Below, piece by piece: positions 1-6,003 of a DNA stretch of 6,003 bases (within the stretch, counting starts at the first letter, position 1; each line of letters opens with the position of its first letter). The stretch spans positions 1 through 6,003 of the forward strand of contig NW_021829501.1 of NCBI RefSeq assembly GCF_006345805.1, written 5' to 3'. Both the position numbers and the translations under genes were made by a program. The stretch comes from Octopus sinensis. Taxonomy: Eukaryota. The notes under the pieces are model-generated. The model made no database searches. It saw only the letters and a list, made by a program, of their open reading frames with translations, and was not told where the DNA came from.

Positions 1-50
1 TAGCTCTGCTCAGGTAAATCAATGTTCAAACATATTCCAGTCGTGCTTAC

Positions 51-344
51 CATATCATTATCATAATATCCAGTGTTCCTGGGACTGCATTTTCGAATCC
101 TACCACAAACATATTTGTGTCAAAATAGCGTGACATGGTGGAGATTAGGGTGCTATTTCTAGCCAATGATGCGAACTCGACTCGTACAGACTCTAAATAA
201 GAGTTCACAGATACACTATAAACAAATTCTATCAATGTAGCTTGCCCGCCGCGGTACCCATTCGGTTCATTCCACTCCAAAAATGACTTTATATAAGTCT
301 GATTACTAGTGTTCTTGTTATTTTTATATTTATCATTGTTGTTG
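51..344 (-). CDS. Candidate internal coding exon (294 bp, phase 2-2), possible fibronectin type III-like segment
   Basis: Seen: the minus strand has no stop codon from 379 down to 50 in non-repetitive DNA. There is an acceptor atctctcatAG| (AG at 346-345) and a donor TG|GTAAGC (50-45) that removes the TAA at 49-47. The length is a multiple of 3. Peptide: NNNDKYKNNKNTSNQTYIKSFLEWNEPNGYRGGQATLIEFVYSVSVNSYLESVRVEFASLARNSTLISTMSRYFDTNMFVVGFENAVPGTLDIMIMI(W). Inference: LEWxxP..GG...I...YxVxV and a later PGT followed by a hydrophobic strand resemble the FN3 pattern. The domain call is by eye only. Confidence 0.5.
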
Positions 345-971
345 CTATGAGAGATACGATGTATTACATCATAACCAAATCAGTATTCAATGATCAGCTT
401 TAGGGTTAAAACCTTAAATTATTTTGTAGTCCACATTTTGATTACCCTCCGTTGCTGAACAAAGAGCACAGTCAACTCCTCCAACAATTTATTCTCGCAT
501 GTGTAACCCAAATTAGGAATTTCTGCGTGTCATCCAATATAATTCTCGCATCTGCAGGCACCAGAGTATATTCAAACGCGAAGAGTTTACAGGATAATGT
601 AGTTCTAAATATACAATAGTCTTGTATTCTTTTACATTTTTTACAGCCTTAAGGTTGTGCCCATGCTGGGGCACCTAGAAAACAAAGCATGAAAATTAAA
701 ATTAACTTCCGAACAATCACAAGACTGTAGCTCTTTGGTCAGATAAGTTATTAAGCAGCACTGACCCTGGGTCTAAACAGTAATTCTAACAATGATCTAA
801 ACAATAAATTGATTTTTTTCTCTTTTGAAAACTTGCTAAAAACGAAAAACAAAAAAATATTATTCATTTGGTATATATTGTAACGTTATCACTTTGAGGC
901 AAATATAGGCCACATTGTAATTTTAGCCGCCATTTTCGATTGTAATATTATGATGATTTGCTCTTCTTTAC

Positions 972-1081
972 GTTGGTGTGGTTATAGCTGTAGTTGTAGC
1001 TGTTGCTGCTGTTGTTGTTGTTGTTGTTGTTATTGTTATTATTGTTGTTGTTCTGGCTGATGATCCGATATTATTGCATGT
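972..1081 (-). CDS. Possible Thr-rich linker exon (speculative)
   Basis: The minus strand reads ctgacAG|ACA TGC AAT ... CCA AC|GTAAAG, giving TCNNIGSSARTTTIITITTTTTTTAATATTTAITTP(T). The phase-2 donor is compatible with the 344-51 exon. The acceptor has a poor pyrimidine tract and most of the frame is a trinucleotide repeat. Confidence 0.15.
997..1052. repeat. (GTT/ATT/GCT)n trinucleotide microsatellite
   Basis: Directly visible: gttgttgttgtt...attgttattattgttgttgtt. Confidence 0.95.
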
Positions 1082-1318
1082 CTGTCAGTGATTTGATAGC
1101 ATATCGCGGAAGACGGTAAAAGTCTTCCAACGCTTTGCATGTAAAGCTGTCATTAACACGAGATCTTGCCCATCTCGTTAATCTGATCTGATATTCATTC
1201 TAAAGCCCAGCATAACACAATCTCATGCATACATAAACTCAGAGACGCACCACGAAGGCGGACTGACATGCACTCACAGGAACATAAGGGTACGGGCGCG
1301 CACATAGACTCCTGTGCG

Positions 1319-1520
1319 TATACATACAAGTATGTATATATGTACATAGGTGTATGTGTGTATATGCAAATATATACATATATATATATATATGTATATA
1401 TATATAAATATATATATATGTTTGTATAGCAAATAATACATATATATATATATAATATATATATATTATATATATATATATCTATATATATATATATATA
1501 TAATATAATATATATATAAT
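1319..1520. repeat. Imperfect (TA)n/(TG)n microsatellite
   Basis: Directly visible dinucleotide runs. Confidence 0.95.
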
Positions 1521-1733
1521 AATAATAAATATTATGGAATAAATCCAAATTTACAGGGAAAAATCAGATTTAGGATTAAATCCAATTTTATAGAAAATAT
1601 TATAAAATATTATTAGAGACAAAACCACATTTTGCAAAACAAACAAGGTTTTTTTGACTATTTATTAAAATTTTATGTATTGATTAAGTCTTTCCTTGTT
1701 TGTTTTGCAAAATAGTGGTTTTGTCTCTAATAA

Positions 1734-1738
<5 letters not shown>
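1521..1738. mobile_element. Asymmetric fold-back element A embedded in (TA)n
   Basis: Arms 1605-1648 (aaatattattagagacaaaaccacattttgcaaaacaaacaagg) and 1694-1738 are reverse complements apart from a 1-nt indel. The spacer is 45 bp. An unpaired extension lies at 1521-1604, and (TA)n flanks both sides. The inverted repeat is certain; mobile origin is inference. Confidence 0.65.
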
Positions 1739-1822
<84 letters not shown>

Positions 1823-1862
1823 AATAATATATATATATATATATAATATATATATATATATA
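1739..1862. repeat. (TA)n microsatellite
   Basis: Directly visible. Confidence 0.97.
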
Positions 1863-1909
1863 CATATTCACAAATGTATTCGGTACCGATATATGTAAGT
1901 ATAACTAGC

Positions 1910-2049
1910 TATATATATGTATGTATATATATATATATATATATACAAACGTATATGTGCCTACGTGTGGATGTGTCTCGATGTGTGTTTGAGTGCGTGT
2001 ATGCACGCGCGTGTCCCAGTGTTTGTGAATTTGTGCGCGTCTATTTGTG

Positions 2050-2080
<31 letters not shown>

Positions 2081-2232
2081 TGGTATGTTTGGAGAGTCTG
2101 TATATACTCAGAAGTAGAATGAAACAATGTATGAATGTATAAGTGATTGATAGCACGAAGATAATTTACAGGACCAATGTTCGTGTTTTTTTACAGACAT
2201 TCTAAATTCCATTAGAGATTTACTCAAAGAAC

Positions 2233-2280
<48 letters not shown>
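1910..2280 (+). repeat. Left arm of long inverted repeat (unique core 2078-2240)
   Basis: 2078-2240 is the reverse complement of 3304-3466 with 2 mismatches (2085/3459 and 2105/3439) and no indels. 1965-1991 (gtgtggatgtgtctcgatgtgtgtttg) matches 3518-3544 in reverse with 1 mismatch. The flanking (TA)n/(TG)n/(CA)n tracts are mirrored. The ORF track shows the same peptides on opposite strands (SLSKSLMEFRMSVKKHEHW...). Outer edges are approximate because they lie in microsatellite. Confidence 0.95.
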
Positions 2281-2283
<3 letters not shown>

Positions 2284-2295
2284 CACGCACACATA

Positions 2296-2430
2296 TTTTA
2301 TTCTTTTACTCGACTCAGTTGCCTGACAGCGTCCATGCTGGAGCACAATCTTGAAGGGTTTTATTCGAAAAAATTAAATTCAAGGTGTAATTCTTGGATC
2401 TCGTACTTATTTTATCAGTTTCTTTTGACT
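2296..2430 (-). mobile_element. Diverged 3' tail fragment of octopus tRNA-derived SINE
   Basis: ttcttttactcgactcagttgcctgacagcgtccatgctggagcac...gtacttattttatcagtttcttttg resembles the antisense 3' end of the common octopus SINE as I recall it (ctcttttacttgtttcagtcatttgactgcggccatgctggagcacc...gtacttattctatcggtctcttttg). Recognised from memory, not from a search. Confidence 0.7.
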
Positions 2431-2666
2431 CGGGAAGAAACTTTACTGTTTACTTTCAACACACTCGTACAAAATAGGTTCTTAAAACAATAACTTAAAT
2501 ATATATTTTACCTTATATATTTTACTAATATCACTAATTATCAAAACATGAGCATATCGTGGCATTGCCTAGACATGTTTAGTCGAAATGTTCACTCACG
2601 GTGCTTATTTCCTCTTAAACGGGATACTTCTGCAATCAGTGTCTTTGCCCATTTGTTATATAATTA

Positions 2667-2819
2667 TTTCAGTTTCCATCAACCAAATCCACTCACAAGA
2701 CTTTGGTCGACCTGAGGCTATAGTAGAAGAAACTTGCCCAAATTGCCATGCAGTAGAACTGAACTCGAAACCATGTGGTTAAGAAGCAAGCTACTTACCA
2801 CACAGCCACTCCCGGCGCC
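2667..2819 (-). mobile_element. 5' tRNA-related head of octopus SINE (Pol III A and B boxes)
   Basis: The minus strand reads ggcgccgggagtggctgtgtggtaagtagcttgcttcttaaccacatggtttcgagttcagttctactgcatggcaatttgggcaag...tgtgagtggatttggttgatggaaactgaaa. It contains an A-box-like TGGCTGTGTGG (2808-2798) and a degenerate B-box GAGTTCAGTTC (2766-2756). It matches my recollection of the abundant octopus SINE head. Confidence 0.85.
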
Positions 2820-3245
2820 CAAAGATGCTGAAAATATATAATTCTTACTTGTACTCATGTGATGAAAACGGGTTTTTTGCATGGTGTAACACTTTTGTTC
2901 ATCAATATAAAAAAACAGGTCTGGAACAGCAGTAGCGAACCACAATCCATCGCTGTTATTTGTGTGTGCCGGTGGTGGGGGTGTATTCTATAAAATACAT
3001 CGTAAGTTCAAAGAATTGAGATAAATCCAAGCAATAATCTATCGTATTCCACCTAACGAAGCATCAACATACGGCTGTCGTTGCAAATTATGCAATGTCT
3101 ATAACGAAGGATCTTGTATACTGCTATATGTATATAAGCTATGCAACTGATAATTGGTGTTTGATGCGGAAACAAACGTTGAGGGCTACTATTAAAATTT
3201 GATGTCCTCCAACCCAGTGTTACGTCGGTGGCTTTGTGTTTTGCT

Positions 3246-3303
<58 letters not shown>

Positions 3304-3560
3304 GTGCGTGTGTTCTTTGAGTAAATCTCTAATGGAATTTAGAATGTCTGTAAAAAAACACGAACATTGGTCCTGTAAATTATCTTCGTGCTATCAATCA
3401 CTTATACATTCATACATTGTTTCATTCTACTTCTGAGTTTATACAGACTCTCCAAACACACCAAGCACACACACACACACACACATACACACACACGCAT
3501 ACAAACACATACACACACAAACACACATCGAGACATATCCACACACACATATATATATAC

Positions 3561-3600
<40 letters not shown>
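3246..3600 (-). repeat. Right arm of long inverted repeat (unique core 3304-3466)
   Basis: Reverse complement of the 1910-2280 arm (see that entry). Includes (TG)n 3246-3313 and (CA)n/(TA)n 3466-3600. Confidence 0.95.
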
Positions 3601-3610
<10 letters not shown>

Positions 3611-3631
3611 TTGTGTATATATATACATACA

Positions 3632-3930
3632 CTGTTGTGTCTGGGGAGAGTCATTTTCTTTTTGTGCCTTATAATGTAACACACTCACGGGTAAAATTTC
3701 CACACTTTTCTTATTTTTATTTTCATAAAATTTTCGTTGCGTCTTGCAACTATGGAAAAGGTTGCAAGACGCAACGAATATTTTAGGAAGACAAAAGGAA
3801 AAAGTGAAAATTTCACCGGTGAGTGTGTTACATTATAAGGCACAAAAAGAAGATGACTCTCCCCAGACACAACAGAATTTGCTTCAACACACGAACTCAT
3901 ACAAAGAATCTTGCAACCAATGCAAAAACG

Positions 3931-3932
<2 letters not shown>
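3632..3932. mobile_element. Asymmetric fold-back element B (244-bp hairpin 3632-3875 plus 3' extension)
   Basis: ctgttgtgtctggggagagtcattttctttttgtgccttataatgtaacacactcac (from 3632) pairs with gtgagtgtgttacattataaggcacaaaaagaagatgactctccccagacacaacag (to 3875) with 1 mismatch. The middle of the stem is imperfect. A perfect 18-bp inner stem (3733-3750 / 3761-3778) closes a 10-nt loop. The unpaired extension 3876-3932 runs into (TA)n. Confidence 0.75.

Positions 3933-4019
<87 letters not shown>
3933..4019. repeat. (TA)n microsatellite
   Basis: Directly visible; separates fold-back elements B and C. Confidence 0.97.
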
Positions 4020-4295
4020 TACTTTATAAAAATAGGGTAAAGTAAAATAATTTACTTTACCTTTGTGAGTTATTTCTGAGTATGCATTGCCTGGGAGACT
4101 TTTTCTTGCAGTAGAAGAAATAGCCAAATTTTGGCTGCTATTTCTAAAAAGCTCGGTGTGTGGTAAAGTAAATTATTTTACTTTACCCTATTTTTATAAA
4201 GTAATATTTCAGATATAACGTAAATGGTCATTTTACATACCGAACACTGCTCGGTCGAATTAATTAATAATTAATTAATTCTACCCTTTTTTATT

Positions 4296-4298
<3 letters not shown>
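4016..4298. mobile_element. Asymmetric fold-back element C embedded in (TA)n
   Basis: Perfect 46-bp inverted repeat 4016-4061 / 4162-4207 (atattactttataaaaatagggtaaagtaaaataatttactttacc) with a 100-bp spacer. An unpaired extension lies at 4208-4298, and (TA)n flanks both sides. Mobile origin is inference. Confidence 0.65.

Positions 4299-4329
<31 letters not shown>
4299..4329. repeat. (TA)n microsatellite
   Basis: Directly visible. Confidence 0.95.
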
Positions 4330-4332
<3 letters not shown>

Positions 4333-4449
4333 TGTGTGTCTGTGTTTGTCCCCCACAATCACTTGACAACCTGTGTTGCTGTGTTTACGACCTCGTACCT
4401 TAGCAGTTCGGCAAAACAAACAGATTGAATAATTACTAGGCTTACAAAA
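4329..4449 (+). mobile_element. Internal/3' body fragment of octopus SINE
   Basis: tgtttgtgtgtctgtgtttgtcccccacaatcacttgacaacctgtgttgctgtgtttacgacctcgtaccttagcagttcggcaaaacaaacagattgaataattactaggcttacaaa resembles the part of the octopus SINE that follows its internal microsatellite. Recognised from memory. Confidence 0.8.
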
Positions 4450-4450
4450 G

Positions 4451-4572
4451 TATATATATATATATTTATATGCATACATACATACATACATACATACATA
4501 CATGCATACATATACATGCATATACATAATATGTGTATATATGCATGCATCAATGCATATATGTATGCATGC
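4451..4572. repeat. (TA)n/(TACA)n/(TGCA) compound microsatellite
   Basis: Directly visible. Confidence 0.93.
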
Positions 4573-4909
4573 AACTATAAGTTGAGAGACCCCTTCATAA
4601 GTGATGACTAAGTTTAAATGCCTTCAGAGTTGCGTCCAAAAATACTTTCAACGAAATGTCTTAATAAAAAAAAGCATGGAGCTCCGATACAATATACAGG
4701 CGTTTATGGTTATGAAAAGGATTGAATTAATCTTTCAAATTTGAATTTAATCTAAATTGAATAATTAAATTTCAATTAAACTTAATTTTACTCACACCCA
4801 GTAGAATTTCATGCGGATGATATGAAATTTAAGTGGAGAACGAAAACAAAAGTATTAATGCATGTAAGCTTGCTTAAGGCGGCTGGTTTTCCTTCAATAT
4901 GTATTTCTA

Positions 4910-4992
4910 ATTATTATTATTATTATTATTATCATTAATAATGATAATAATAATAATAATAATAATGATAATAATAATAATAATGATAATAA
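4910..4992. repeat. (ATT)n-(AAT)n microsatellite forming a palindrome
   Basis: 4910-4937 is the exact reverse complement of 4939-4966. The (AAT/GAT)n run continues to about 4992. Confidence 0.95.
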
Positions 4993-5186
4993 AAATGGCA
5001 GTAATAATAATGAGCATGATGATATCGAAACATTGAAATCACGATCAAATAATACCATATATAAGAAAGTTACCCCGGAGCTTACAATTTAGCTAAACAT
5101 TATCTGATCAAGATTAAAAGGGATTAAGATATAAGCTAAATTAATGGAAGTAGTAGCAGCTACTCATTGGGAGTTTATATTGCAAC

Positions 5187-5443
5187 GTACATATATGTGT
5201 ATGTATATGTGTGTGTATGTATATGTATATGTGTGTATATATATAAATAGATATTTATATAAGTACATATATATATATGTATGTATAAATATATATAAGT
5301 ATATACATATACATATGCATGTATACATATATATATAAATATATATAAGCATATATATGCATATATATGTATGTATATATATGTATATCTATATGTATAC
5401 ACACACACACACATATATATATATATATGTGTGTGTGTGTACA
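5187..5443. repeat. Compound (TA)/(TG)/(CA) microsatellite
   Basis: Directly visible alternating purine-pyrimidine tract; contains a perfect 40-bp palindrome at 5401-5440. Confidence 0.95.
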
Positions 5444-6003
5444 CAGTAGATTGTCTGTAACAATAGTGATACGCATTAAGTTCAAAGTCATTAATTTTTA
5501 CTAAAATTTTGAAGAATACGGAGCCGAGAATCGTCTGATTGGGCTAATTGCGCATACCGCAGTTCACCAAACTTTTTCCTGCAGTCGATATGAAAAAGCG
5601 ATACTTCATATAAAGCATGATAGATATTGTACTTCATATATTTTAGTATATGAAATATATTATTGTATATATTCCATCATGTATTCCATAAATTTCATAG
5701 TTGCAGGAATCGTTTTGTGATAAAGATCCGCTTGCAGCCAGGCTGTTCTTGTTTACTCGCACTAAGCATTATCAAGACAATAGACATCTTTAAAAGACCT
5801 CTGCATTTTCACATCGTCTTTCCTCTATATATATATAATTAGGATAAAATCTTTTTCGAAAAAAATTATTTTCCCCCCAAAATGTTATCAATGGCCAGCA
5901 TATTAAAAAATACATTTAAAGGTTAAAATTATAAACAATTCATAAATAAGGGCAAACGAAAAAATTTCTAATGCCAAATATACCGAAAAATTGGACATAT
6001 TGT

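Noticed and set aside
446-604. Possible minus-strand exon (tttAG| at 606-605, GG|GTAATC at 445) reading TTLSCKLFAFEYTLVPADARIILDDTQKFLIWVTHARINCWRS
   Set aside because: All three frames contain a stop between these splice sites, including the frame compatible with the 344-51 exon.
926-936. GCCGCCATTTT, a YY1-type motif (minus strand AAAATGGCGGC, also start-codon-like)
   Set aside because: It is an isolated motif. The ATG opens only 14 codons and there is no other promoter evidence.
1057-1114. CTGATGA followed by a stem, resembling a hammerhead ribozyme core
   Set aside because: The required GAAA after stem II is missing (GGAAGAC instead), and I cannot form stems I and III.
2750-2819. tRNA gene
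   Set aside because: A/B-box-like motifs are present, but there is no proper cloverleaf and the sequence continues into the SINE body, so it is a tRNA-derived SINE head.
2281-2945. ORFs 2281-2493, 2588-2782 and 2718-2945
   Set aside because: They are short, overlap SINE fragments and show no recognisable protein motif.
1195-5491. Numerous 60-132 aa ORFs rich in YI, CV or HT dipeptides
   Set aside because: They are translations of (TA)n/(TG)n/(CA)n microsatellites, which lack stop codons, and they overlap in several frames on both strands.
5535-5544. CCAAT-box-like sequence (minus strand AGCCCAATCAG region)
   Set aside because: A single short motif with no supporting start site or exon.
1-6003. 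CRISPR array, prokaryotic operon or autonomous transposon
   Set aside because: There is no regular repeat-spacer pattern, no long ORF and no transposase or RT motif. The DNA has eukaryotic, microsatellite-rich character.

Overview
AT-rich eukaryotic genomic DNA, very probably from an octopus or related coleoid cephalopod. This call rests on three fragments I recognise from memory as the abundant octopus tRNA-derived SINE, plus very dense (TA)n/(CA)n/(AAT)n microsatellites. Most of the window looks intronic or intergenic. The only credible coding piece is a candidate 294-bp minus-strand exon (344->51) with AG/GT ends, encoding a possible fibronectin type III-like segment. The other listed ORFs are microsatellite or repeat artefacts. 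The main signal is fold-back structure. One long inverted repeat has a 163-bp core (2078-2240 / 3304-3466, 2 mismatches) and about 1 kb of spacer. Three short, mutually unrelated, asymmetric fold-back elements (1521-1738, 3632-3932, 4016-4298) each sit inside TA-rich microsatellite. There are also perfect microsatellite palindromes. My best interpretation, which is inference, is that the short elements are remnants of microsatellite-associated mobile elements (inverted termini of Penelope-like retroelements, or MITEs). No transposase, reverse transcriptase, RNA gene or CRISPR array is visible.
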